Shown here: positions 1 to 12,270 of the stretch, piece after piece
How positions within the stretch are numbered: position 1 is the first letter of the stretch
How the letters are laid out: each line of letters opens with the position of its first letter
Made by a program: the position numbers and the translations under genes
Source of the DNA: Eukaryota sp. GEM-RC1
Lineage: Eukaryota
Length of the DNA: 64,000 bases
Assembly (NCBI GenBank): GCA_040285855.1
Contig: JAUFOQ010000006.1
Location: 1,364,001-1,428,000 of the forward strand
Reading direction: 5' to 3'
The notes under the pieces: generated by a model
Seen by the model: the letters and a program-made list of their open reading frames with translations, nothing else
Databases searched by the model: none
Told to the model about the DNA's origin: nothing

Positions 1-895
1 AATTTGAGATTTTAATTCAGATTCATTGAATTTGTCAACAGCTACAAATTCAATTGAATCTGAATTTTGGCCAGAATTTTGAATTGTTTCAAATTTTCTC
101 TAGCAACATCAGTATTCTTTCCGTATAAAATTGTTTGGTTTTCAACAGATTCTGCTGTTTCGAAATGAGTACGCAGAATTGATTTCATAAAATTATCTAA
201 CAGACCCAATCTCAATTGATTTAGAAAATTAAAAAATTGTGAGTCTGATTGTTGCCGAATACTTCCAGCCAGTTCACAATATTTAAAATTTAAATTGTTC
301 CAAGCTCTTGATGAAAAAGCGAAATCTGAAATTACCACTTTTCGATTTCCTTTTCCATCAAGACTTTTCTAACAGGGGCTAATTGAAGAAAGTCCCCAAA
401 ACAAATTATCTGAATTCCTCCAAATGGTTTCTTCGGGGAGTGACATTTTTGCGTGTGCATAAGTTCGCTCAAAATGTCACTCGCCCGTTGAAACAATTTG
501 GAGGACAACATTGAAATTTCATCAATGATCAACATTGAATTTCTTGCTGTAATTTTTTTTAACAAAATTTTGACATTTGATGGCATACATTTGATAACAT
601 CATGTATGGATTCTTCTTCTTTCATAAGCTTATAACCAAACAGTGAGTGTATGGTCTGTCCACCAAAAACAGTTGAGGCAACCCCAGTTGTTGCAGTGAA
701 GAAGATTTCACCATTAGCACGCATGAGACGAGATCCAACGTTACTCCACCAGTTTTTGAGAGCATGTAAAAGATAAGATTTTCCTGATCCTGCACCGCCA
801 GTGACAAAGAAGTTGCGTCTGCTGGTAGTGATTGCGTTAAAGATCTCACGTTGGTCATCTGTGAGATTGATGTTGTGTATAGTGGTTGGTGGCAT
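1..895 (-). CDS. PIF1-family SF1B DNA helicase, partial (runs off window start; frameshifts near 335 and 50-90)
   Basis: Motifs FFVTGGAGSGKS (Walker A), TATTGVAS, GGQTIHS, LIIDEISML, PFGGIQIICFGDFLQLAPV in ORF 332..895, then IRQQSD..F..LNQLRLG in ORF 42..338. Confidence 0.88.
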
Positions 896-1051
896 TGAGT
901 TGATGGATTGTTTGAGCGCAGGGAAACTTGGTCTTCATCAAATTTCTCTTTCAGAAGCCCCTTATCATACGTTAGCTTTGTCAGAGAGTGATGTTTTGTA
1001 TGGGTTTGGGTACAATGCCCAGAATCAGAAGCTGAGCGATATAACGTATAT

Positions 1052-1917
1052 TTGAATTCTTTCTACGAAGATGACTGGTTTAGAAAGAGGAAATTCCAAA
1101 TTTATTCAAATAACCAACGGTCGGAAAAAAACATGCTGGAACGCTTCAATTTAACATATGGACCTCCAGAAGACGTCGTCATTGGCTATGGGGATTGGAG
1201 CTCAAAAGGTAAAACAAGAAAGGGCAAAACCTCTACTGTGGAAATCCGTAAAATGTTAAGAAAATATGGATACCAAATATTTCTTGTTGATGAATACAGA
1301 ACAAGCAAGTGTTGTTCCAAATGTGCTAAGGAAAAATCAACTTTCGTAGAATGTGAAAATGTTTCAGAACTAAAGGTTCTTGGTCCCAAAGGCAAGAGAC
1401 AGCTAAGAAGGAAGAAGAGAAAGTTAAGAAGAGAAATTTTGCTCAAAAACAAACAAGATCCTCTAAACCAACGGGATTTTTGGAAGCAGAGTGGGAGGTG
1501 AAGCAGAAGTCATTGGAAGAAGAAGCTAAATCCACACCCTGGGGACTGGTAAGGTGCTCAGGTGCTAAGTGTGGTACTTATTGGAATAGAGACCTAAATT
1601 CTGCCATCAATATCTATTCCATCATTGAAGCAACGATCAATGGTCAAGGTAGACCATCCGCTCTCGAGAGATCTAAAACTCAAACAACAGATCTCGAGAG
1701 TGGTAAGGATACTTTGGCGAGAGACCAGAAGAAGAAGAAGACTGCGACCAAAAAGAAGAAAACTTCAACAGGAAAGACTCGTAAGAAACCAACATGTGGA
1801 AATTGTGGCCAAGAAGGTCATAACAAAACGTCATGCAAGAATCCACCAAAAGAAATGAGTTCGCCTAAAAGAAGAAGCGTAAAGTCAGTCAAGAAGAAGA
1901 AGGTCTCTCGTAAATAA
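1052..1917 (+). pseudogene. 5'-truncated Fanzor1 (TnpB-like RNA-guided nuclease), C-terminal half, with CCHC zinc-knuckle tail
   Basis: FY..WFRKRKFQIYSNNQRSEKNML, VIGYGDWS, FLVDEYRTSKCCSKC (RuvC-II E plus Zn finger), CSGAKCGTYWNRDLNSAINI (RuvC-III D). Frames join by adding one A at GAAAATG ~1356-1359. No RuvC-I (DPG) found upstream. Tail CGNCGQEGHNKTSC. Confidence 0.85.
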
Positions 1918-2050
1918 CTTTAGTGTACTCTTAACAGTACACAGCGCAGTGGGCTTAGCTCACTGAGTGTCTGTGGTTACGATACTCTAATCAAAATGAA
2001 AATTAACAAAGTTGTGTACTTTGGGAGTCTATTTGAGTTGAGAACCACAG
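1918..2050 (+). ncRNA. Putative Fanzor omegaRNA scaffold
   Basis: Directly after the Fanzor stop: stems GTGTACT 1923-1929/AGTACAC 1936-1942, CAGTGGGC 1947-1954/GCTCACTG 1958-1965, CTGTGGTT 1971-1978/AACCACAG 2043-2050. Confidence 0.55.
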
Positions 2051-2080
2051 CGGGAAAGAGAATACTTTTCCATTTCACAC

Positions 2081-3228
2081 ATGCAAACCGATAGTCACTA
2101 TTTGTTGGATGACCCTCCAAAGAAGAAAGGTTCCAGTACCATCATTATCATAGTCGTCGTATGTGTAGTTTTGCTTGCTATTGCTGCGGTGGTCTTCCTT
2201 TTTACTGGAGACTCTTCCCAGGGTCAAGTTCTCTCTTTTTCTGCCGACACAACTGAGGAACTGTTGTCCGGAGCAATGGTAGTAAACATTGATTCCGATA
2301 TTCTCCTCTTGAAAGCAAATATTTCCTCAATTGGTGATGGTGAACCTGGACTCCTGCTAGACGGGAAGACATCGGAAATCTGGTCAATTGGACACGATAT
2401 CTGTTCTGTTGCCCATGCAATTGTAGGAACCGATGATGACATATTCTACGCCCATGACCTCCTCCTCACTGATGACCACATCCAGACTAATGAAACATAC
2501 AAAAGTAGAGCCGGTGAATGTTCTTGGTTTAATGCAACTTCCAACCATCTTTGCATGAAAAAGGATACGTATATGCTATCTGCCGTGTTGAAGAAGGAGA
2601 AGAGAATTGCTTGGAACTGACGAACCACAAACGAGTCAACAAAAACTCTAACATTTTCAAGCCTAAACATCACTGTCCAGTCATGCAACAAACTGCCTTT
2701 GAAGCTCGAATGATTTCAACTTCTGGGGATCAGTTGGATGTCGCCTACGAGTTAGACAAGGAATTAACTTATCTTCATAACGCAACCCACACTATCGTTC
2801 AAAATGAAGATAAATGGTACTGGAAGGATGTTGACCAGTGTTTTGTCAGTAACAAGTCACACTTTGATAATGTAGAGGCTGCCTCTCTTCGTTATTCTTT
2901 CTTCCTTGACTACGTTGGTACAAAGCAAGCCCAAGCTGGAGAGTGCTCCCTCTATCGATTTGAATTCTGGGTCTTCAAGACAGATCTTTGCTTCAATAAT
3001 GGTGTTCTTTTCCAGGAATGTCATTACGTTTGCCACTCAGAACCTTGTGATTTCGAATGTTTTGACTATGTTGATCACAAAGAAGTAACGTCAGAAGATA
3101 AGAGATTTGATCCTCAAGAACTCGGATGTGATCATTTTGACCCTGTTGAATCACCAGATTCAATGAAGTTTGTTATGAATGAGTATCGTAATGATATTGT
3201 TTACCAAATCCGTGAAAGATTCTTTTAA
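2081..3228 (+). CDS. Hypothetical type II membrane-anchored Cys-rich protein (one frameshift ~2550-2562)
   Basis: N-terminal KKK followed by hydrophobic TM segment; the overlapping ORFs 2081..2620 and 2551..3228 share an internal repeat (SRAGECSWF / AQAGECSLY). Confidence 0.55.
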
Positions 3229-3445
3229 TCTGTTTGTATCTATTTGTAACTAAATTGTTTTATGTATCTACTAATAATACAATAAGGGTTTATTTGCAGT
3301 AAGGCAAGAGAAACAGTAAGTTTCGTCATAATGTTTTGATAGATTGATAACTATATTCCAGAAGCAGAATAAATTAAGACTAAATTTGAGGGGATCTTCA
3401 TACTCCGTGGCTTAACTGTCGAGTCAATCATTAATGGATTTTTAC

Positions 3446-5096
3446 CATAGATGGGAAATACAACTTCATGCCTCTGTATTAATACAAATACAAATACAGA
3501 TACAAATACAACGAATACAAATACACTATTTCTATCACGTGAGTGTATTTCGATTGTATTTCAGGTGGAAACATATGTGTTACTTTGATAAGACCATTGA
3601 AAATAATCAAGTATACTATGAAGTGGTAGTGCGGAAAACTTTATACGTTTCATCGTTTTGACGCTGAAAGTAGTTGAACTTTGGTTTTTATACTATAAAA
3701 ACTCAACCAAAACCAAATACTATGATAGAGAGTGGGTGAGCAATCAAGATAAAAATGAACTAAACAGTATACAGCTTCATCTACTGGTAGATTCAACTTT
3801 TAAGGTCTTTGATGTGATTACAGTCGGTGTTTGTAAACAAGTGCATTTAAACAAGCCACTAAGTGAAGTTTTTCCCCATATTTTTCAGAAAAATTGAAGA
3901 GAAATAAATACCATGCCCCTGGACTCTCCATTTCAACGAGCACCTGTTCCATAGGAAGTTGTCGGAGATTAAGTTGTTGCGCTGATATCCGCGCAGATGA
4001 GATGTAAACAGTATAATGGGAGAGGATGCAAGTGTTTTTGTAGAAGTCATAACATAATCAGCAATGTAAAAAGTCTTATCGTTATCTTACTGTGTTTCTG
4101 ACATTCAACAGTAAATGTATTATCTGGAATGATATCTTATCTTATTTATTGGTTATCTTGGGTCAAAGCAATAAATAAATCTTCAATAACGGAAGAAACA
4201 AATCACTAAGAACAAGAATTTGATCATATTCATCAATTGGCGCCTGATTGGATTGCGGTGTGAGATAATATATTAAAAATTTCCAATAGAAGTTTGATCC
4301 CATAGATCAACATTGTACAACAAGAACAGTGGCTTTCCTAACGCTTTTGAGTTCAGATTTGGTTTAGTGTTTCCTGAAGTCCTTCTTAGCTCTACTGAAA
4401 AGCATCCCAGATGTCAAAGCTTTATCCGTAGGTTTAAGGTAACCTTCCTACAAAACTATGAGCATCCCATATTCATTTCTAGTTACAAATCTACAATATA
4501 AATCTATATATTTTAAATCTTGATTAGTTCGTTGCTGTTTACGTTTGTTCAATCTTTTATTTCAGCCACCGTGACTGCATGCTCTCTGTTACTTTGGAGT
4601 TCAAATGCTTCAACACAATTCTACTTTATTCTAAATTGACATCAAGATAAAATCAGATTACAGAAAGAAAATGAATGTTCTTGAATTATGTTATCTTATT
4701 GAAATATATCGTATATTGTTGAGTTTTCAAGATAAATATATTGTGGGGAGAGAGTGTCACAATAAGATAACAATAAATATATATATTGTTATTGAACAAT
4801 ATATGAATTTATTTTACATTCCTGAATACATGTGGATGAATTGGAATTTTCTGAACACACACAACTTCATCCTATCACTGTACGTACTTTTGCAGGAGAA
4901 ACATTGTATTTGGTACTCAAACAGTATTTTTATCACGTGAATCTACATTGAATAGATAGAATGAATAAGACTAAATAGTAATAACTCAATGCTGATATTA
5001 AAAATTCCAAAAAAAATACAAATAAGGGCTTTGTATTAATACAAATACAAAATACAAAGTACACAGAATACATGTATTCTGTATTTTCCATCTATG
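3446..5096. mobile_element. Non-autonomous hAT-like element (~1.65 kb)
   Basis: TIRs CATAGATGGGAAATACA / TGTATTTTCCATCTATG; TSD GATTTT(T)AC 3437-3445 and GATTTTAC 5097-5104; AATACA subterminal repeats. Confidence 0.8.
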
Positions 5097-5140
5097 GATT
5101 TTACTACAGTAGATGTTTGTAACAAATCTTGTGTTAGTAG

Positions 5141-5726
5141 CATGGAACGCAAATGTTCCGTACCGCGGCGATTTTAGGCGTACCGTACCGTACGTACGTA
5201 CGTCCGGTACAAGTACCGGTACTGTACTTTTGACCGACTAAAATATATTATTACTTTTTGAACATGATAATCCAATGTGAGAGTTTAACTGTTAACATCG
5301 TCATAAATTCCACCGTTAAACATTGCCCAGGATATCAATGTCGTATTGTCACACATTTTCACATTTGGGTACGTCATTTGCTGATCACAACTTTCCCAAA
5401 ATGACATTTCTTCGTACGAAGCCCTGCAATCGCTCGAAATCAACAATAGTAGTCACGTCTTCGAATCACAATGCGTTTAACGAGTGACTACGACGTAATA
5501 TAACAATGATAAAGGGGTCCAAAAACCCACAGATTGGATTTCTAAACGATCAAATGATGCAGTAACAATTGCACTAGTATTGTGTTTGACTAGTGAATGA
5601 ACCTCCTTTCAAAAAATATTAATTGTAAATTCATTTAGATTATTCATAAATAGACTTTATATTAAAATCAAATGACATCGGTACGGATAAAAGAAATCGG
5701 TACGTACCAAAGATTTGCGCACATTG
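5141..5726. mobile_element. hAT-like MITE (586 bp)
   Basis: Perfect 8-bp TSD GTTAGTAG at 5133-5140 and 5727-5734; imperfect TIRs CATGGAACGCAAAT / ATTTGCGCACATTG; GTAC-rich subterminal motifs. Confidence 0.88.
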
Positions 5727-6404
5727 GTTAGTAGGATATTAGATTCTTCTTTTAATTCTTTAACAGCTGCTGAACAGCTCAAACACTCTAAGTATGACTC
5801 TCAAGTTGAAGAATTAAATCGAAACTCATATTCCAAATTTGTGTTTCAACCTTTTGATGTTTCTCTTTTGGATCTATTAGTCCTGCTGGTGATCAATTTT
5901 TCAAGGATTTCGAAGAACTGTGTAAAGAACAGAAGCGTAAGTTTAGAATGGCTGAATGGAGAAACCGTACGGTGTTTTCCATGTATCGGTATATGCCTTT
6001 CTATTTCTCTCGATTAATTGAGAAATTGTACAAGTTTGGTGGGAGGGTTAATGTTGAAGACGTTATCTTTTACCCAGTGGTACTGAAGTCGTTTGGATTT
6101 CATCATAGTATTTTTTGTTTGTTTTTCAATTTCATAGTTTTGTAAAGTTACCTTATTGGGTACCGAATAAAGTTTATCAGACCAATTAAGACGACTGGGT
6201 AGGAGTGGAGGATCATTCACTCACCAAACACAGTACTTGTATTGTCATGATGAAGTGGCAATGTATTAAGTAGTGTTGCACGAAAGGTCAATAAATGTTT
6301 CCAAACATCATGAATAACTGAACGTAGATGAACAAAAACTAGAAACAAAAATAACGAAAACACATTATGGAACCACTTTTTTTCCATTGAAAAGTTTTGT
6401 TGAC

Positions 6405-6572
6405 AACAACACAACAGTCGACATACATCTAATAATCAATATCCCTAAAGTCCAGATTGCCTATCTGGAAATTCTCACCTACCTTATCCTCATAATGTCT
6501 GCCAAGAGATAATAAAGCGCTAGATACAGAGATCACCATACCTTTAAAGATAGCAAACACAATTCGATTTTA
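6405..6572 (-). mobile_element. 3' end fragment of RLE non-LTR family B
   Basis: Matches 29500-29670 and the reverse complement of 53780-53945. Confidence 0.75.
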
Positions 6573-6628
6573 AAAGAATTTATACAAGAAAGCTTCTCAA
6601 CATAATATTATTGAAGAACAATAAATAA

Positions 6629-8060
6629 TCAGAATGAGTAATCAATATCAGATGTAATTGCCACATAACCCTTTCCAAAAATCAAGAGTAGGTTTCTTAA
6701 TTACGACTCCCTTAGTGACTGGAATTTCAAGTCCTTTTTCCAGTGCAGGATTAAAGAAAGGCACAATACCATATCTGCACAAGTCATTAATCACTTTACT
6801 AAGCTTTTGACCATCAATCTTGACAAATTCAGACTTAATAACTTTGAATTTGAATCCGACCAAATCAATCTTCCCATGAACTCTCATCTTGCTCAGATGA
6901 ACTTCAGCAACAGCATCGACGTTAATGGCAATAGAAACTAAATCCTTGGCCAGACCTTTGGGAGTAACAACAGAAATATTAGCAACTGCTGGAATACTTG
7001 CTTTGATATTAGTTTTGTTGAGACTTAACTTGGGATAACTCGCAGCAGCAATGGTGGCTTGGAGTGGCATATCAGGATACTTGGTGTACATCTCTGGGAT
7101 GATGAAACGGAAGGACTTTGTGTTTAAATGAATCCAACTCTTTTCTGGAATGTCTTTGTCAGTGATAGTTTGCTGCATTAAACCCTGGTGGAAGTAGACG
7201 TAACTTCCTGAGTTGAACATGTACTCAGAGAGGAAGATCTGAATGTGCTTGTTGTTAATATGAGATGGGAGGGAGTTCGTCTTTAAGTGAGGACGAGTTT
7301 TGCTCTTGTGTGGTAAGAAGTTTCCATTGAACGCTGAGCTAATAAAATAATCAGCGGAATAAGAAACCTTTGCAAACGTAGATCAAAATCTGTGTGCTTG
7401 TCCACGGGTAAGATTGGTTGAACAGATTTCAATGATTTTTTGATGGCCTTATTTAAAATTTTGGACATTTCCCCCCTTAACAGAGTGTTCAGCAGTCTTT
7501 TTTAACTTCTTAGCAACGGTACCCTTGAAGAGATTGTAGAACTTGGACATACCGCCGTGGAATTTCACGGACAAATGGCCAATGTGGATGTCAGGCTTAT
7601 GAGCTTTAGCTGCAGGTTTACCATCAGATCCGGCTTTGACTTGTAAAGAGATACCAATTTTAGTCTTGCTAACGTGGATATCAGCATGACCGTGATCTGA
7701 CACGATATGATACTTCATATGCCATTTGCACTTCAGTTTGAACTTGATATCGTTAATTGTTAGGCGGAAGCCAGAGCTTTCACGCTTAAGTGAAACCTTA
7801 CCAAAGTGAAGATCCTTGAGCTCAATGTGGGAAACCTTGTACTTGATATGATGCTCCTTCCCTTTTTCATCAGGTAGCTTAATCTTGGACATTTTAGAAC
7901 GGATCTCGGAAACAACAATGTCACGGATGTGGTTGACTCCGCGTTGAGTCAATGTAGTCTTGAAGCCGCTATCAATGGCATTGTCTTCGATAAGAGATTG
8001 TCCTCCGCAGCAAGCAGAACCAATTAAACATATTAATACCACAACAACAAGTGATCGCAT
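6629..8060 (-). CDS. LBP/BPI/CETP-family lipid-binding protein (several frameshifts)
   Basis: Signal peptide; SGFKTTLTQRGVNHI..KIKLPD..G N-terminal BPI domain; IFLSEYMFNSGSYVYFHQG and VPFFNPALEKGLEIP C-terminal BPI domain; split over ORFs 7449..8099, 7283..7468, 6648..7220. Confidence 0.85.
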
Positions 8061-8801
8061 GATTTGGGAATGTGGTGAGAAAATGAATCGCTTTCCCATC
8101 TTCTTTTGGTCTAGTTGTCTCTAGAACTATTGTCTCCACCTTTTAACCGCTTTCTTCCTTTCGATAACACCTGTATACTCTAGTACACTTCTTATCTACT
8201 ACATGTGACACTTCTAGTGATCCTTGGTTACAGATGTCAGTATCTTTTTAATTAAGCAACCACAACTAATTTAATGTATTTTAGTATCCTTATGTGTCAA
8301 TAATTTTGTTGTTCAAGTCATCAATATGCACGTGTATCCAAGCAAAAACCTACAAATGTATTTTTTACGCATAAATTATCAATATTATCAATAACAGACA
8401 AGAAGTGGAACTTAGGTGCTGTTGAACGTGAAATCGATTTGGAGCCATTACAGAATGTACTTGATTTTACAGCAGGCTGCTGAAACAGACTTGGATGTGA
8501 ACTGAAATGAAGAAGATCATTGGAAATGTCCGTGTTTAAACACTGTTGTCACGTGCCAATAATTAATACATTTGCTACATTATATGTGCGTTGTACTTCA
8601 ATTGGAAAGAATTAGTACAACGCAATTGGATTGAACTTTTTTCATAGAAATCAGATGATACTCTTTAAATTGAAATAAGGTAAATGAAGTTCTGTTACAA
8701 ACAAAAAAAGAAGGCCACCTTTTGTGTTGTTGTTAGATCTTGTAAAAAAATTCATTGTATTGGTATGTATGTAGCAAAATTTCAATTGTTGTACACGATA
8801 T

Positions 8802-10049
8802 TTAATTTCGTTGAAAATCTAGAATACTTGACAAACAATTATGCTTGAATTCATAACTGAAGTCATTGCCATAGACATTAATCTTCATAAGGCTTGAATG
8901 ACTATTATTCTTTAAGCTAGATAAAATTGATTCCATACCAGTTTCATCGATTCCGTTCCACCAACAATCAAGAACGACAAGGCCTTGATTAAATGCAAGT
9001 AACTCAGCTAAAAATTTAGCTCCTGATGAACCTATATTATTCTCACTAATTCCTAACTCTTTTAAAGAACAATTGTCCCTCAAACCTCTAGCCAAATGAC
9101 ATATTCCCTCACTACCAATGTCATTCCCCCAAAGGTCCAACATACTAAGACCAGTATTAACAGACAAACTGTCAGCAATGAATTCCGTCCCTAGACTACC
9201 CAATCTGTTATACCGTAGATCAAGAGAACTGAGAGAATCGTTCAGTTTAAGAGCTCCTGCTAGAGATCGTCCTCCCGTGGCGGTTATTTGATTGCATCGA
9301 AGCACAAGTGCCTTTAATGAAGAATTCTTTTTAAGAGAATCAGCCAGATGGTGAGCCCCTGCATCAGAAATAGAGTTGTAGCTCACATCAAGGTGAACAA
9401 GACGATTATTTATAATATTAACAATTCCTAAATCAGAGATTGAACAGCCACTGAGGGAAAGATGTGAAACAGAATTTCTATTGCTTAATGCAGAGCAAAG
9501 CTGCTGACCACCATTAGAACCAAGATTACATCCTAAGAAGTCAAGAGAAGTCAAAGAAGCAGCGGTGGGCAGGGCATCAGAAAAACTTGAGAGTCCGGCC
9601 TTATCTATAGATCTCCACATGATATGTTTAACATTAGGGCACAAGGAAGGACTGAGGAAACTATAGTCTGATACATCCTCAATGTTCAAAGAAACAATGT
9701 TGTGCAAAGAAAATGAAACAGTTTGCCAATCTACACAATAAAAATCATTAGAACGAAGATATAGATCAACGTAAGTAAAGCGAGAACAACGAAAAAAAGA
9801 AGGAATGTGTATTTCGTTGAGTCGATGACAGTTTAAAGAAAAGATGTTACGGCAGAATACCAGTTCTGTACATTCCAATGACAACTGAAAAAAATGACAG
9901 CTCACAAAGCCAGAATGAATGAGGAACTCGTATACGGGAAGGAAGAATGCAGCTTTGGAAAAGACAATGGTTGAAGACGGTCTGACCTTGAGTCTACGTT
10001 TGAGAGATTGGTATAGAACTGTCTGTAAGAGAGTGTCGTTCAGAAACAT
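8802..10049 (-). CDS. RI-like/NLRC3-type leucine-rich repeat protein
   Basis: 28-aa repeats LxxLDLxxNxIGxxGAxxLAxxLxxN. Confidence 0.88.
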   Translation of the reverse strand: MFLNDTLLQTVLYQSLKRRLKVRPSSTIVFSKAAFFLPVYEFLIHSGFVSCHFFQLSLECTELVFCRNIFSLNCHRLNEIHIPSFFRCSRFTYVDLYLRSNDFYCVDWQTVSFSLHNIVSLNIEDVSDYSFLSPSLCPNVKHIMWRSIDKAGLSSFSDALPTAASLTSLDFLGCNLGSNGGQQLCSALSNRNSVSHLSLSGCSISDLGIVNIINNRLVHLDVSYNSISDAGAHHLADSLKKNSSLKALVLRCNQITATGGRSLAGALKLNDSLSSLDLRYNRLGSLGTEFIADSLSVNTGLSMLDLWGNDIGSEGICHLARGLRDNCSLKELGISENNIGSSGAKFLAELLAFNQGLVVLDCWWNGIDETGMESILSSLKNNSHSSLMKINVYGNDFSYEFKHNCLSSILDFQRN

Positions 10050-10546
10050 ATTCTGGGTGTGAGTTTCTATTTTTGCCTTCAATCAAACGCAACCCTAAGC
10101 AGTATCATTTAGTGTTTCATTTAAGTGTTTTAGTCAATTTTTAAATTGTTCTCACAAACTCTGCGTGAGACCAATTTTGTATTGAGATTAAATGTTTCTT
10201 GAAGTGTATTGTTTGTGAACATAACTAAAGTACAGTACCCTCATATTGAATTTTGCATTTGTTGTATTCTATATTTATTCTTTTTTTCTGTGCATTTTTG
10301 GTCCTGACTGCTATCTTGTGGTAACAATGTTGCTATTTGTTTCATCCATGGAACGCAAATCCCCGAATAGCCGATTTACAAATACATTTGCTATTTTGCA
10401 ATAGGCCACAATCCCAGACGTAACCTCATATTGACTTGCCAATAATGATCTTTCAGATACTCATTTATTGTTTCGATGTATTTAAATTTTTACAGTCCCT
10501 TCTGTTGGCGTAAACTTCGTAACTTATATGTGGTGTTAATTCATGT

Positions 10547-11755
10547 TTACAATACAATGGGCTTGATCCTGTCTTTTGGCAACCCTAATACACGACCCTT
10601 TGAAATCTCGAGAATAGTCTCTTGGAGTTTCGGGGATAGACGGTTTGAACGTAGGTTAACAGCTTGAATGTTAGAATTGACTTTCAAGATTTCTACCAAT
10701 GATATCGCTGTCTCAGTATCAATAGAGTTATTGACCAGTTCCATTAGAACAATTGTAGAATTTACTCTGAGCATTTCAAACAAGGCCATGCCACCTTTTG
10801 GCCCGATAGAGTTTTCACTGAGATTAATATAAGAAATAGAAGAATTTTCTTTGAGAGCATTGGCTAAAACAATAGCTCCTTCATCACCAATAGAACGGTT
10901 TTGTAGACGAAGTGAAGTAATTGAAGAATTTACTTTTAACACTTCTGCCAAAGCCTTGGCACCCTCTATAGTGATGATTGCGCTTTCTGGAGGACAAAGG
11001 AAAACATCGAGACAAAGATCAGTAATTGTTGAATTCACCTTCAAAGCATCAGCTAATGTTATGACTTCTTCGTTATCAATAGGCCTATATAAGAGAGATA
11101 ACTTGGTTACAGTAGAATTTACTTTCAACAATTCAGACAATTTAGTACAAATCGATGATTTGTGAAAAAATAGATCCAGTTCTTTTAGTCTTGAAAAATA
11201 GAATGGAGAAAAACTGTTCAAAAAGTCCAAGTCATTATCCTTGTCGATCCCCACTGAAATTCCTGTAATGATATTACAGTAGGGAACAAGGTCTTCGAGT
11301 TTAGGGGCTACATAATCCCACAAGTACACAGATTGAACTTCTGAGCCAAAGAAACAAGCTAATGAAGATTGGAGGGGTAAGTCTTGAGAAACAGTAGGGA
11401 AACAGTTGGATTCAAAGAAGTCTTTCATTGTTGCAAGCACACATTTAAAAAAACTTTGACTCACATAACCAACTTTCTCAAAGAGGGTTGGCAGTTCTTG
11501 CTTCAAACGGCTAAGAGGAATACGTGGATCAGATTGATATCGGTCGAGAGAACAATTCAAAAGAAGATCGAGCAAATGAAGATTGATCAAACTTAAGATT
11601 GATTCGGGTAAACACAATGGCTCAGATGATCCTACAGTAGAGTTCAACTCAGGTGAAGAAAGATAATCTGAGGAGAAGTCACTGACTGTATCATCATGCG
11701 ATAGACTGTCATCAGAAGAACGAGTCATCTTCACAGGAGGATAATTGTGAGGCAT
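10547..11755 (-). CDS. RI-like LRR protein (paralog of 42388..43534)
   Basis: LKVNSTITxLxLxxNxIGDEGAxxLA repeats; near-identical to the inverted copy at 42388..43534. Confidence 0.88.
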   Translation of the reverse strand: MPHNYPPVKMTRSSDDSLSHDDTVSDFSSDYLSSPELNSTVGSSEPLCLPESILSLINLHLLDLLLNCSLDRYQSDPRIPLSRLKQELPTLFEKVGYVSQSFFKCVLATMKDFFESNCFPTVSQDLPLQSSLACFFGSEVQSVYLWDYVAPKLEDLVPYCNIITGISVGIDKDNDLDFLNSFSPFYFSRLKELDLFFHKSSICTKLSELLKVNSTVTKLSLLYRPIDNEEVITLADALKVNSTITDLCLDVFLCPPESAIITIEGAKALAEVLKVNSSITSLRLQNRSIGDEGAIVLANALKENSSISYINLSENSIGPKGGMALFEMLRVNSTIVLMELVNNSIDTETAISLVEILKVNSNIQAVNLRSNRLSPKLQETILEISKGRVLGLPKDRIKPIVL

Positions 11756-11839
11756 GTAAGTACTATAATGTAGCAGAATTTCTTTTTTTTGCTTGTTGTA
11801 ATCTAGATTGTAAATCAGTAAGAGCGCTTTTACCAAGGA

Positions 11840-11940
11840 TTTAGCTCTATTAGCTCTCAGTGTTTTTTATGAAGAAAAAGCTGATGTGAGTTTTAATGGC
11901 AATGATTGTTGCTTTAATGATATTGAGTTCTAGTTTTTGT
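11840..11940 (+). mobile_element. 3' fragment of RLE non-LTR family C
   Basis: Matches the reverse complement of 41157-41250. Confidence 0.65.
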
Positions 11941-12270
11941 GTTTATTTTAGTGTTTTTGTTCCATAAAGACCAAAATCTCGAAATAAATTTAAGTAGTTA
12001 AATAAATTTGCAGGCGAAGATGCATGTCTTTTCATGAAAAAGGGTTTGCACAAGGAATGATACATAACTTTTACTTTATGAAAAAGGCATTAAAATACTT
12101 GAACACTGTAAACCGATTAAATACGATTTGAATGTGATTCTTTGGTAGTTTTGAAACATTGTCGTGATTTTCTCTCAAATTAATTAAATTAATAACAACA
12201 GACAACTTTGCACTTCTAATACGTCATTCAAGAGATTAAAATTAATTGTTAAATAATTATACTTTTGAAA

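Larger units (their letters stand above)
3388..6175 (+). mobile_element. 3' fragment of CRE-like non-LTR element (family A), interrupted by two hAT-type insertions
   Basis: 3388-3445, 5097-5140 and 5727-6175 join into a sequence colinear with 22325-22860. Confidence 0.85.

Noticed and set aside
1052..1917. Bacterial IS200/IS605 or IS607 TnpB contamination
   Set aside because: Motif layout (GDW, DEYRTS directly before the Zn finger) is Fanzor1-type, there is no TnpA, and neighbours are eukaryotic genes.
4200..4430. Possible integrase remnant (TPQSN-like on minus strand)
   Set aside because: Too degenerate; no other DDE motif recoverable.
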